Assembly: GCA_951406725.2 (NCBI GenBank)
Contig: OX597822.1
Coordinates: forward strand, 115,010,001 to 115,074,000
Source of the DNA: Octopus vulgaris
Lineage: Eukaryota
Length of the DNA stretch: 64,000 nt
Direction of reading: 5' to 3'
In this document: piece after piece, positions 43,858-57,075 of the stretch
Position numbering within the stretch: the stretch's first letter is position 1
How the letters are laid out: the number at the start of each line of letters is the position of its first letter
Made by a program: the position numbers and the translations under genes
The notes under the pieces: model-generated
Told to the model about the DNA's origin: nothing
The model's database searches: none
The model's input: only the letters and a program-made list of their open reading frames with translations

Positions 43858-45460
43858 TTGTTTTGTTATTACCCATAAAGGGCTGACATAGAGGGGGACA
43901 TTACAAACATTGCGGACACAAAACATCACAAAAATACAGAAACGTATGAAAGATGAAAAATTGTGAAAATGAGAAATGAAAGCGATGTTAACGGCCCCAT
44001 CCGATGACATCACTTACCTGTCCTTCCCTATATCGGTATAAAAAAACATGTAGTCCTCCAGTTTCATCCCATATATGTCTTCCAGTTCATATCTCTTATC
44101 CGGTTCAATTGTTTTCCTAATCAATTTATAACTTTTTTAAAGTTTTTCCTTGAGTTCTTTTTCTTCCTCCTCTGATATTACTACATAAATCAACCCCGCC
44201 AAATCCCAGCTGTCTTGCAATTCCACCTTTCTCCAGTCCCTCAATATTTCGCGTATTTCTTCCTTGTTTATTACACCTAATATATGGGGACGAGAATTCT
44301 TAAAGTTATCCTGTATGTCTGTGTTAGCTTTTTTGTTTTCTTGTTGGTAGGGAGCGGGTGGGTTCAGTGTCTGCAGGGGAAGGGTGGTCCACAAAGGGTG
44401 CGGGTGGTGATGTGGTGGGTTGGGGTTAAGAACAGTTTGCCTTTTTCTCTTTCTTTTCCTCCTTCTCATGGATTCCTATTCTGCTGGTAATTCCTCCTCG
44501 TCCACTTGCTTCTCTTCCGCTGAATTCTGCTCATCCTGGGTCTCTCTACCTCTCTTGCTGGTTCTTTTGTTAGGAGAGGACAGTTAGCTCTTATGTGGCC
44601 CTTCAAGCCTCATTTGTAATAACGAGGAGCTCTGCCCTCCACCCATACTCTCATAATGATGTTTCCCATTGCTATATTCTCGGCCAGTTGTACCAACACC
44701 TCCGATTCCGCCTGGACATTCATCTCCAGTACTGCTCCTCTCCATCCTCCCTCGTTCTTCACCGCGGCATGAAGAATGTCCACCTTATCTTCATTAGCAC
44801 TGATGATGGCTGCCACAATCCACTCTCAGTCTATGTCTGGTGGTATTCCCACCACCCTGATCCGGGTCGTCCTCCTTCCCAGATACGAGGGCAGAAGGAT
44901 ACCTTCTCCGACTTTATTGTTTTCGCCGCCATTCTCCTTGCCACTTTTTCGGTTTTAAATTGTACAATCACGGTGCCGAACCCAACGCCTCTTGCGAGAA
45001 ATGCTACCTCCTCTTCTGTCATTCTCAGTGCTTCCTCTACCATTTCCATGCCGAGCAAATCTATTCTCCTTTTTTCGTTAGCGAATACTCTATACGTAAT
45101 GGTCCTCTTCTCACACCAGTCTCTTCTTTTCCTTGGCGGCGACAATTCAACTTCACCACCGACCTTCGTAACAAATTCTTGATAACCTGGCAACTTAGCC
45201 AGGTCTATCTCTTCTTCCGTTCACTTCGTCGCTCGTGCGTATGTTGTTTTCTCTCCGAGTGCTCTGCCCAATTTCCTCACTGCCTTTTCCAGCTCCTCCT
45301 CAGAGGTCGACAGGTCCGACTCACTGAGGCTTGTAAAAACATTTTTCCTTGCAATTTTCTCCCTTAGTGAGGGGCAAACCGTTTTTTCCTTGTCTGTCTC
45401 AATACAGACAGACAAAAATCAACAATACCGTTTAACAACATTTGATAAACAATAACAGGC
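43858..45460 (-). mobile_element. ORF1-only non-LTR element, copy C (same family as B)
   Basis: SDLSTSEEELEKAV..ELSPPRKRRDW..FLARGVGFGTV..VWVEGRAPRYYK.GLKGHIRANCP; 3' end CCCTTTATGGGTAATAACAAAA. Confidence 0.8.
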
Positions 45461-46057
45461 AAAGCAAGTACACACAGGTTAAAAAAAACGACTACAGCCA
45501 AACTTCATATAGATACTTAATGCTAGCTAATTAGCAGGTAATCTAATGTAAAAGCCGTGGTGAAGGGTATGTGCGCAGCTCAATCTGGACTATTCCATTT
45601 CTGCACTTTAGTTTTATCCTTAATTTATTCCCATTCATGTGAAACCACTTATTCAAGTTCAAGTCATTGATGCAATTTTATACCAGTTGCTACTTTTACT
45701 TTTAATTGTTATTTTACGATTTAATTATTATATTATACTTTAGTTTGATTTTAATTATTACTTACTACATATAATTCAATTGTTATTATTATCTCTAATT
45801 TTTATTGTTAAAGTGAGAGTCTATGAGAGCTGTTTTTGTCTCATTTTAACACGTAATACTGAAATAGTGGAGAAGATGTGATATTACTATGGGCTCGCCC
45901 TAGGCAAGAAGTTGAACTTTTTTTTGTCCATGACACTGCATGGACCCTAAGTACGGCATGTGTAAAATTTGAATGAAAATGGTTATGTAGTTCTCAAGTT
46001 TTAGGGAAACACACAGACAGACAGACAGGCACACATTCTCAGTTTTATATATATAGA
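45461..46057 (-). mobile_element. Helitron-like element, 5' part
   Basis: Minus strand starts A|TCTATATATATAAAACTGAGAATGTGTG (canonical Helitron 5' TC after A); homologous to 7652-8270. Confidence 0.7.
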
Positions 46058-46317
46058 TGATGTTGGATTGTGTTATTGTGTAGGGTTTAGTGAAGCGTGG
46101 AAGGAAATGTGTAAACAGGTTAGTCAAACTCAAGTGGTCCGAATTCAGGTCATGACACTCTTTGTAGAAATTTCGTTTTCGTAGTGCTCGAGGCTTCTCA
46201 AATGTATGTTTATAGATGAATCAGGTGGTCACTCAGCTCGCATGTAGATGCATGACGTCATCTATACATCATAATGAACAAATACAATGATTCAGAATTC
46301 CCTATGTTTGTCCGTCT

Positions 46318-46477
46318 CTAGGCATGGCTGTGTAGTAAGAAGCTTGCTTCTCAACCACATGGTTCAAGGTTCAATCCCACTGCGTGGCACCTTAGACAAG
46401 CGTTTTCTGCTATAGCCTCGAGCCAACCAAAGCCTTGTGAGTGGATTTGATAGACGGAAACTGAAAGAAGTCCATCG

Positions 46478-46508
<31 letters not shown>

Positions 46509-46685
46509 ATGTGTGTGTGTGTGTGTGTGTGTGTATATTTGAGTGTCTGTGTTTGTTCCCCCCACCGTCACTTGACAACCGATGTTGGTGTGTTTACGTC
46601 CCAGTAATTTAGCGGTTCGGCCAATCAGACCGATGGAGTAAGTACAAGGCGTATGAAGAATAAGTCCTGAGATCTATTTGTTCGA

Positions 46686-46686
<1 letters not shown>
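46318..46686 (+). mobile_element. SINE S1
   Basis: Head, internal (TA)(TG)n and most of the 3' half. Confidence 0.85.
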
Positions 46687-46731
<45 letters not shown>

Positions 46732-47360
46732 CTGCAACAGTACATACGTTTATCTACAAGCACACAGATACACACGTTTCCACCCGTTTCAACTTGTATG
46801 CAGTCATTTTTCAATTTTAAAAAAAATAGCGAATTCTCGCACTCAATCTTACCTCCGCTATGAGCAAATACGGACGCCCATTTTCAGCATCCATGGAAAT
46901 CCCACTTTTTACATATGAAATCCATCATAACTAAAAGATAATGCATTTTTACTTTTATTTTTTTTTTTAGAATCAATATATAACGGTGCAATAAAATAGC
47001 TCTGTCTCTCAGATATTTTATTACCTGAAGAGCCTTCTAAGAGCGATACTAAGAGATGTAATTTAAGCATAGTATATGTAGCGATTATTAGGAAGAAAAC
47101 TATAAAAATCTAGACATTCTTGGGATATTTAGTGTTCAAACTTTTCATAGTTATATTAGGTATGTGATGGTCATAAACATATAGACATGCATCCATGTAT
47201 ATGGCGAAACTGAGAGATTGCGAAAGAACATAAAATAAAAAAAAGTATATCAGCACAGGATATAAAATAAGTACAATATATATATCGATATGCTATAAGG
47301 TACTATAAAACTTACATAATCTGCTAACGAAAAAAACAAATCTCTTTCGCTAATAATATA

Positions 47361-47710
47361 TTAGGTTGTCTGGAAAGTCCGTGCCGATTTTTAAAGGAAA
47401 GGAAAAGGTCAATAAATACTTGCCATAACATTTTTAATCAACCAAGTATGAACCATTTTGTTGAACAATGCGTCTCCATCTTTCCTTTAACTTGAAAATA
47501 CCCACTTCCCAGAATTGAGGTGGTTTCATGGCAGAGAATTCATCAAAGTATCTTTTTACGTCATCCAAGGAATTGAAATGTTTACAATTAAGACTATTCT
47601 GCAGAAACCTGAATAAGTGGAAATCCGAAGGAGCAATATCTGGTGAATATGGAGGATGGGGTAACACATCCCAGCAAAGCTGCAGCAATTTTGGTCTGGT
47701 CCCCAAAGCA
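47361..47710 (-). mobile_element. mariner (DD34D) 3' remnant with TIR
   Basis: WDVLPHPPYSPDIAPSDFHLF..GIFKLKERWRRIVQQNGSY; terminus TA|TTAGGTTGTCTGGAAAG. Confidence 0.9.
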
Positions 47711-48368
47711 TCAAGTGCCGGATGCTTTGAACGAAGCAATATTTACAAACCATTAATGTTCAATATTGCTGTCAGAAAATGTTTAATACACAGCGTTATT
47801 AGCCTTGAGAGATCTCATATACGCATAAAAGCACACACACAGGTCTGCAGACGAGAATCGTCTGTCATGCGTGCTGGAACTCTCATATCACGTGTTTTTT
47901 TTTTTTTGTACTGGAAATCATCAGTAGGAGGTATCCGGTTGCAGCATCCTAGTCAAATCTCACAATTACGGTATATAGAATGAGAATGTTGACATCTTTT
48001 CAGACGCTGATAGCGGAAATAACCAACAAATACCACCCCACTCAACTCTAATAAACGCAGTATTTTGTGTTCTAGCAAGGCATCCAAGTTAATTTGGATA
48101 TAAAGATTATCTTTTGGTATTGATACTGATTCCGTCGCTAATAACTAATTAATTAATATACAAATTTTGTATCTTGCTTCTAATATTAGTGAGCTTGTAA
48201 GTAAAGAGCTTGTAAAAAATTAAATGTGGTACTCAGGTACACAGTTTCTGACGAAGATTCCTCAAAAGGGAGAAACTTATGAAGAATATTCTGCCTTTCC
48301 CTGTCTGAGAACTTACGCAATATATGCTCGTCAGTGTGTGTCTGTGTGTGTTGGTATATGTATGTATG

Positions 48369-48402
<34 letters not shown>

Positions 48403-48416
48403 TGTATGTATGTATG

Positions 48417-48503
<87 letters not shown>

Positions 48504-48510
<7 letters not shown>

Positions 48511-48738
48511 ATGTTACATTACTCGGTAGTCAAGATAAAACTCTGAGTTTCAGATGCCGAAGTGGGAATCCACAACACCATCTCTTCGGTTATCTGGCTA
48601 TTTGAAATTCCACTTCGGCATCTGAAACTCAGAGTTTTATCTTGACTACCGAGTAATGTAACATATTGTATAGATAAATTTCCTCTATTTACATAATATT
48701 GAGGTCTCTTTCATTCTTTTGTTATCTTACCGTTTTAT

Positions 48739-48740
<2 letters not shown>
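48504..48740. mobile_element. inverted-repeat element between (TA)n tracts, carrying a hammerhead motif (family H3)
   Basis: Arms at about 48504-48565 and 48610-48672. Confidence 0.75.
48533..48595 (-). ncRNA. type I hammerhead-like motif, core CCGAAGA
   Basis: AGATAA-CCGAAGA-GATG..GTGG-ATTC-CCAC..CATC-T-GAAA-CTCAGAG-TT-TTATCT. Confidence 0.55.
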
Positions 48741-48772
<32 letters not shown>

Positions 48773-48887
48773 GCGCGCGCATATATAGGATTGGTACAAA
48801 TACCAAATAAGAAAAGTCAACACAGAAACCGCAGTGAACTTTCCTAAGCAGTGACCTTTTAGTATATATATGTATATATATATATAT

Positions 48888-49090
48888 ACTAAAAGTTTCC
48901 TGGCTTTGGTAAAAGAAAGTTCAGAAGGAATAGTTAATTGTGATTTTATTCAACATATTCTCCTCTCTGATTCATTTGCTTATTGCATCGGTCCTTGAGT
49001 TTTTCTAAGCCATGTAAAAGAATTTTGTGCCTCTAACCAGGTTTTTGGCGACAACCTTAAAGCCTGGAACTTCGCAGCACCCATTCGTAT
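48888..49090 (-). mobile_element. mariner-derived MITE
   Basis: AAAAGTTTCCTGGCTTT..AAAGCCTGGAACTT termini; homologous to 51610-51800. Confidence 0.6.
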
Positions 49091-49095
49091 ATGCA

Positions 49096-49164
<69 letters not shown>

Positions 49165-49335
49165 GCGTGTGTGTGTGTGCGCGTGTGTTTGTGTGTGTAT
49201 ATAGGGGAAGGGGATGAACCTCATTCGTAAATTTTGAATTCGGCGGTACTGGACGTTGAATATGATCTGTCTGAAACTGAGTTGGAGAGGTATATTCAAT
49301 TCTTCCAGTACTTTCGGATTTAATATTGTGAAGTT

Positions 49336-49416
49336 CCATGCTGAAGAGCAAAATGTTTGGGTAAAGTATAAATTCTACATTCTTTATACTGATCTAATTC
49401 CGAAACGCGTCCATGG
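49336..49416 (+). ncRNA. type I hammerhead ribozyme motif (family H4)
   Basis: CCATG-CTGAAGA-G..AGTATAAA/TTTATACT..C-GAAA-CGCG-TC-CATGG; palindromic ACGCGT stem III; GUC ending at 49411. Confidence 0.75.
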
Positions 49417-49604
49417 GTAATCAAATATCGATTGATTTTCGTTATTTTTCCTCTCTCCCTGCGTGGGTTGTTTTCGAGTATTTTGTTTTTGTTCGGGAGT
49501 CGCTTTTTAAAGAAGAGGAAATAGCTAAGGTTCTTTGGCTGCTATTTCTAAACTTCGGTATGTGGTAAAGCAAATCTTTGCTGAACCCTAATTATAAAAT
49601 ATGC

Positions 49605-49637
<33 letters not shown>

Positions 49638-50031
49638 CAGATAGATAAATATATAGTTAGTTATACAAGTATATATATATATATATACAGGAAGCTGTTG
49701 CTCCTTTTTATACCACTTCTTTAATCGTCATTGTCAAGGGTTTCGTAGGGCAGCACCCACTTTGATAGAGGCTTCATTCTTTCTTTTTTTACTTTTTTGG
49801 CGCGTGGGGGGCGGAGATCTATTTCCATAAGTTCAGTATATCTATAGGGTTTTCGGTGTACGCAGCAATCTTGACGGTGGAACAACGAATTGGTAGAGGC
49901 TACCCTGCATTCGTTCCAGCCTTATGCAGACGGCTGAGCTGGTATGTTAGAAGGAAATGCATCTCTCCTGCCTTTTAAATATTTGGGTGAACGTGTGTAT
50001 GTGCGCTGTCTATGTTTAAGTATCTGTGTGT

Positions 50032-50076
<45 letters not shown>

Positions 50077-50300
50077 CGCCTATGTATCGTATGTCTCTCT
50101 GCTTGTACGAATTTGACTGTATGAATTTATAAATATGCTTATGTCTGTATGTGTGTGTACATGTATATATATACGAAATTACTACGATGATCCGGTTCTT
50201 GACTGAAGACTGAGGGTTTCGAATGTCCTGTCCGTGTTTATTGTGTCGTCTTCTAAGAGTTATACGTTCTTGTCCATGTTGTATTTTTCTACATACCTTA

Positions 50301-50332
<32 letters not shown>

Positions 50333-51046
50333 ATTTGTGTGTGTGTGTGCGTGCACATATGCCTCTATAAATGTGTGTAGTTTATGTTTCAACGGTTGAC
50401 GTCAGACTGCGATAAGGTAATGTAGTTGCTTGTACTTTCCGTAAAAGACTTGGCAACATGAATCAGCAGCGCCTTCACCACCACCACCACCACCACCACC
50501 GCCGCCGCCACCAGCACCACCAATTTTACTACTACTACTACTATTACTGCTGCTGCCGCTGCCATCAGCTGCACTAACGCCACTATTACCATCACGATCA
50601 CGACCATCGCCATTAACACACACACATACACACCATACCGCTTCACCTCCCTGTTTTCGACTCCATCTTAGCTTCTAGATACACTTGGTCAGTCACGTAG
50701 GCAAAGCAGAACTGCTTGCTTAGCATATCTCTTCCAACTCAACGTTACGGACGCTGAAGCGTCATAACAACTTGTTGGTTGTTTTAAGGCAAATACACAT
50801 GGACATTAACACGCACGCAGAAACAAGCATACACACCCGTGCTCTTAATCACTCACATACACACACACATATACATACAAACACGTGCGCATGGGTAATT
50901 ATATACAGGCATACACACTTACATCACATACAAATACACCCATTCTTTCTTAAACAGATGTTGTAAATTTGGCACAGACATGCCCCTGATAGATATATAC
51001 AAAAACACACACATATGTATGTTGTATATATATGTGCATGTATGTT

Positions 51047-51079
<33 letters not shown>

Positions 51080-51222
51080 CATGAACATATGTGGCGTAAT
51101 TGTATAAACCCACATATTTCGTCCATATATATGTTTGCATTTGAGTGCGCGATGTAAACGTACGTGTCTCTTTGTTTATGCACAAATACACGCAAACCTG
51201 CACGCACACACACACACACACA

Positions 51223-51267
<45 letters not shown>

Positions 51268-51609
51268 TCTTATGTACATACAATTTTATCACTGAGCTCT
51301 GAAATTTCACTACTCGGTTTCGAGTTTTGGTAGGAAATTATTTTGAAAAAAATATCCATTTCCTTTTAGATATGAAAAGTCTTGAGAAGCCATTAGAATC
51401 CACCCTCCCCTGCCCTTTTGTTCTGAAGAATTTAGTGAAGTCAACAGAGTCGTTTCTGCATCGGGTTGTTTCTCATAAGATATATAAAGCCATTTTGAAA
51501 ACATCATAATTTTCAAGAAGTACTCCTGTCATTGAAATGAAGAAGGAGCTTCCACGGAGCCGCTCGACCTGCTGGAAATTGCAGCTAAATCTTTCTCAAA
51601 CTAAATGAT

Positions 51610-51800
51610 ATGGTGGGGTGCCGCTGAAAAGTTCCCGGCTTTAAGGGTGTCAGGAAAGGCTTGGTTGGAGCACCAACCTTCCGATTTTTTTTTCTTTACA
51701 CGGTTTAGAAAAACTGAAGAATCGCTGCAATAAGTGAGTCAATCTGAGAGGAGAATATGTTAAATGAAACCACAATTAACTGATCCCCTTGTATTTTCCT
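51610..51800 (+). mobile_element. mariner-derived MITE
   Basis: GCTGAAAAGTTCCCGGCTTT; the internal part translates GLEKLKNRCNK.VNLRGEYV, resembling a mariner C-terminus. Confidence 0.6.
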
Positions 51801-52104
51801 GATCATAGATCGGCTTCAGATTGATCTTGGGCTAAACAAACAACTTCATAGATATTTTGTGCAATCACGTTAATGGATTCCAATCAACTAAGTTCTATCG
51901 ACTCCAGTACAAGATTGGAACTTATTTTATTGAACTCGATGCAGCAAGAGTCAAAGTTGATTCCTACAAAATTTGAACCCAAAACGTAAGGTGCTGGATG
52001 AAAACACCCCAGTAAAGCATTTTGTCCGACGCTCTAATCATTTGGCCACTCCTGTCTTTGCATTCTATATATTTCTTTTCTTTAAACTCGCTCATTTCTG
52101 CGAA

Positions 52105-52307
52105 AAACATAAATCGACCCCGGGACTTATTCTTTGTAAGCCCAGTACTTATTCTATCGGTCTATTTTGCCGAACCGCTAAGTGACGGGGACGTAAACAC
52201 ACCAGCATCGGTTGTCAAGCAATGCTAGAGGGACAAACACAGACACAAACATATACATACACATACATACATATATATAGATATATACGACAGGCTTCTT
52301 TCAGTTT
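52105..52307 (-). mobile_element. SINE S1 (partial)
   Basis: TCGACCCCGGGACTTATTCTTTGTAAGCCCAGTAC..GACAGGCTTCTTTCAG. Confidence 0.85.
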
Positions 52308-52549
52308 CTAGCCATATTTCGATTTAAAATGTCGGTTTTAATGCACGAGTTTGAAACTCGGTTAACGTGTAGTTAGGGGCAGAACAGTACTATTAAGGGC
52401 TATTTCACAGGGCTATTTTATAGAGCTAGAACCGGTGGCAGTTAAGAAAGAACTTAACTGGATCTTGTCGGAATATTTTCAAATGAATGACTTCTTTTAA
52501 CTTAATTCAAAGGTCGGCTTTTGGTGATAATCTGGTTAATATATTGATT

Positions 52550-52750
52550 TCAAAGTCTAGGACAAGGCCAGAAATTTCGGGAGAGGGTGTAAGTGGATTA
52601 TGTCGATCCCATTGTTTAACTGGTATTTTTGTTCATCGATGCTGAAAGATGAAAGGCAAAGTCCAACTCTGCGGAAATTGAACTCAGTACGTAGAGAAAT
52701 GCTGTCAAGCATTTTGCTTGGTGCGGTAACAACTCTGCTAGCTCATGGCC
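52550..52750 (-). mobile_element. SINE S2 monomer (decayed); a further remnant lies at 51880-52050
   Basis: GATGAAAGGCAAAGTC..GAACTCAG..AAGCATTTTG. Confidence 0.65.
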
Positions 52751-53026
52751 TAAACTAGAAACTGCAACGGAAAGTGACGTATTATATTTGAGTAGTATAA
52801 ATTTTGTTGTGTACCGAAGATAACAAGGATTTTTGTGATGTAATATCTGTGAAACCAAGTGGAAGACAATATAATGTCAGTTACATAGTATTTCCACACA
52901 CGTTTATTCATATTTGTGCTCTGTTTAGTATCTTTGTTCATAATTACCGCTTGGTACGGAAAAGAACAACTCGTCTACTAATAACAAGAAACAACCTGAG
53001 TAAAACTGGTAGTCATGTCATCATTA

Positions 53027-53165
53027 TAGGCGCAAGCATGGCTCTGCGGTAAAAGGTTTGCTTCGCAACCACTTAGTTCCGAAACCATGTTACTATAGCC
53101 CCGGGTCGATCAAAGACTTGTGAATGGACATCGTAGACAGGAACTGAAAGACGCCTGTCGCGTAT
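53027..53165 (+). mobile_element. SINE S1 5' part (decayed)
   Basis: AGGCGCAAGCATGGCTCTGCGGTAA..GGAACTGAAAGACGCCTGTCG. Confidence 0.7.
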
Positions 53166-53675
53166 ATATACACATATACACACACTCACGCATATTTATA
53201 TATATATAATTAAAAGGGCAGGCAACAGGTTGCTCTGCCGCATACCGAAAGAATTAGAAATGGCAGTCAGAGACTGTTTATTTCCATTTTCTACAAGTGG
53301 AGGCTCCATATACGACATAACCCTGCGATTCACATACGCAAATAAACGAAAACAATCTCTTACCGTTAATGGTGAACATGTTTCTAGATCGTAGGCGAGA
53401 AATTGCCTAAAGTCTTTCGTCAGCACCATCTTCGTTAGATTTATCAAATGCCACCAGCCTCCACCTCTGATCAGGCGTCATCAGATGGTGGGGGGAAGTG
53501 TGCATAGGTTAAAACTAAGTAAACGACTGAGACCGTAAATTTTCCCTCCAAAATTCTGCCATGCGCACCACTGGTATAATCGCAATGGAGTAAGAAATCC
53601 AATTGGTAATATAATAAAAGGGTAAGTAATTTTTTCGATGGTTTTTTAGACAACCCTTTTATTATATTACCAATT

Positions 53676-55091
53676 ACATACATACACACATACATACAAA
53701 CATACATACATACACACATACATACATACACACATACATACATACATACACACATACATACATACATACACACATACATACATACACACATACATACATA
53801 CATACATACATACACACATACATACATACATACATACATACATACATACATACATACATACATACATACATACATACATACACACATACATACACACATA
53901 CATACATACATACATACATACATACACACACATACATACATACACACATACATACATACACACATACATACATACATACACACATACATACATACATACA
54001 TACATACATACACACATACATACATACACACATACATACATACACACATACATACATACATACATACACACATACATACATACACACATACATACATACA
54101 TACATACATACATACATACACACACACATACATACATACATACACATACATACATACATACATACATACATACATACATACATACACACATACATACATA
54201 CATACATACACATACATACATACATACACACATACATACATACACACATACATACATACATACATACATACACACATACATACATACACACATACATACA
54301 TACATACATACATACATACATACATACACACATACATACATACATACATACATACACATACATACATACACACATACATACATACATACATACATACATA
54401 CATACATACATACATACATACATACATACATACATACATACATACATACATACATACATACATACATACACACATACATACATACATACATACATACATA
54501 CATACATACATACATACATACACACATACATACATACATACATACATACATACATACATACATACATACATACATACATACATACATACATACATACACA
54601 CATACATACATACACACATACATACATACATACATACATACATACACACATACATACACACATACATACATACATACATACATACACACATACATACATA
54701 CACACATACATACATACACACATACATACATACATACACACATACATACACACACATACATACATACACACATACATACATACATACATACACACATACA
54801 TACATACACACATACATACATACATACATACATACACACATACATACATACACACATACATACATACATACATACACACATACATATATATATACATACA
54901 TACACACACATACATACATACATACATACACACATACATACATACACACATACATACATACATACATACACACATACATACACACACACATACATACATA
55001 CATACACAGATACATACATACATACACACATACATACATACACACATACATACATACATACATACACACATACATACACACATACATACAT

Positions 55092-55160
<69 letters not shown>
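53676..55160. repeat. imperfect (ACAT)n array ending in (CA)n
   Basis: Direct reading. Confidence 0.95.
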
Positions 55161-55164
<4 letters not shown>

Positions 55165-55166
<2 letters not shown>

Positions 55167-55612
55167 CAACATTAGATATGTACATATATAAACACTAAGG
55201 TACTACATGAGTACCTATATCGCTAAAAAAATAGAAGTCAAAAATGTCTTCTGTACCACCGAATACTCACAAATATTTTACAGACACGATAGGAAAAAAT
55301 ATCAGTGAACAATAATGTCTTACCTCTACTGGGTCAAAACAAGAAAATGCTTGTCAACCTGGTACCGGTTTCGAGGTAAGGCATTATCATTGTTCACTGA
55401 TATTTTTTCCCTATCATGTCTGTCATAGATTTGTGACTATTCGGTGGTACAGAAGTATTTTTTGACTTCTGTCATTAGCGATATAGGTACTCATGTAATA
55501 CCATTGTGTTTATATATGTACATATCTAATATTGTATGTATATATTTTATTAATTTGCCTGTACGGCTGATAATTCGCTTACCACTCGTGATGGTATTTT
55601 AATATCATCCCT
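55165..55612. mobile_element. inverted-repeat element (Penelope-like inverted structure)
   Basis: Arms 55165-55326 and 55373-55536; the spacer ends in TACCGGTTTCG (minus strand CGAAACCGGTA). Confidence 0.75.
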
Positions 55613-55757
55613 ATACACACACACACACACACACGCACACACACACGCGCACACACACGCACACGCACACATACACAAACATATATATATATATATTTAC
55701 TCACTTGGAAATGGATGCGTGGTGTTCAATCAAATAATAGTTTAAATAATATATATA

Positions 55758-55854
<97 letters not shown>

Positions 55855-55869
55855 ATGTGTGTATGTATA

Positions 55870-56038
55870 TATATTATTTATATTTTTATTTGATTGAACG
55901 CCACGCATCCATTTCCAAGTAAGTTTATCTTAATCTTTTTGATGTGGCTCTACTCTATACTGTTTTCTCCCCTTCACCGTTTTCTATCTCTCTCTCCCCT
56001 CTTTCTCTCTCTCTCTCCCCTCTTTCTCTCTCTCTCCC

Positions 56039-56078
<40 letters not shown>

Positions 56079-56575
56079 CTCGTTACTCACACTTGACCAT
56101 CGTCCATCTTCCTTTTCCTCACGTGACCTTCTTTCTTTTCCTTCGGGACTGTCCTAAGGTCTGGACATCTGCTATCTCTCTTCTTTCTTGTCTCTTTTCG
56201 AAGAAAATATTTCTCCCAGCGTTTGCTATTTTCCGCTCGTTCTGGTCTAACGATCCTCCATGTTTGTTTTCGTTCGGATTCTTCGTATGTCTCCACTGTC
56301 CTGTTTTTGTTCCCGACTTTGAACCCTCCATAAATCCAAAATTTTATTTTGGTACGTATGGGAGCAACTGTCTTCGAAAACTCATATTGTCGCTCAGTGC
56401 TCGAAATGAGGAGTAGATAGACAGCCAACAACTGATGAAGGGTCGTTCTTTGTGTTACTTGTCCTGTTTCCCATTTGTTTCTCTCGTTTGCGTATATTGA
56501 ACCCATTTGTTTTCGTATTTCATATTGTTTACTGTTGGTGACGTCCTGTACCCATATATGCATGTGTCTGTGTGC
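55870..56575 (+). mobile_element. pyrimidine-rich pLTR-like repeat between (TA)n tracts
   Basis: Composition and 3' motif (ACTGATGAAG..TGTCCTGTTT) resemble 19790-20145 and 50170-50300; no coding support. Confidence 0.35.
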
Positions 56576-56751
<176 letters not shown>

Positions 56752-56773
56752 TGAAACTGAAAGAAGCTCGTCG

Positions 56774-56805
<32 letters not shown>

Positions 56806-57026
56806 AACGTGTCTGTATGTTTGAGTTCGTCACCTCCAACATCGCTTGACAACCGATGCTGATGCATTTACGTCCCCGTAACTTAGCGTTTCGGCCTAAA
56901 AGACCGATAGAATGAGTACTAGGCTTACAAAGAGTAAGTCCTGGGGTCGATTTGCTCGACTAAAGGTGGTGCTCCCGCACGGCAGTAATCAAATGACTGA
57001 AACAAATAAAAAGTGTAAAAAAAAGA

Positions 57027-57075
<49 letters not shown>

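Noticed and set aside
48245-48285. CTGACGA..TCC/GGA-GAAAC
   Set aside because: No stem I pairing on either strand.
50470-50640. Poly-Gly/Ser/Val ORFs (also 21630-21715)
   Set aside because: Compound trinucleotide microsatellites without splice or homology support.
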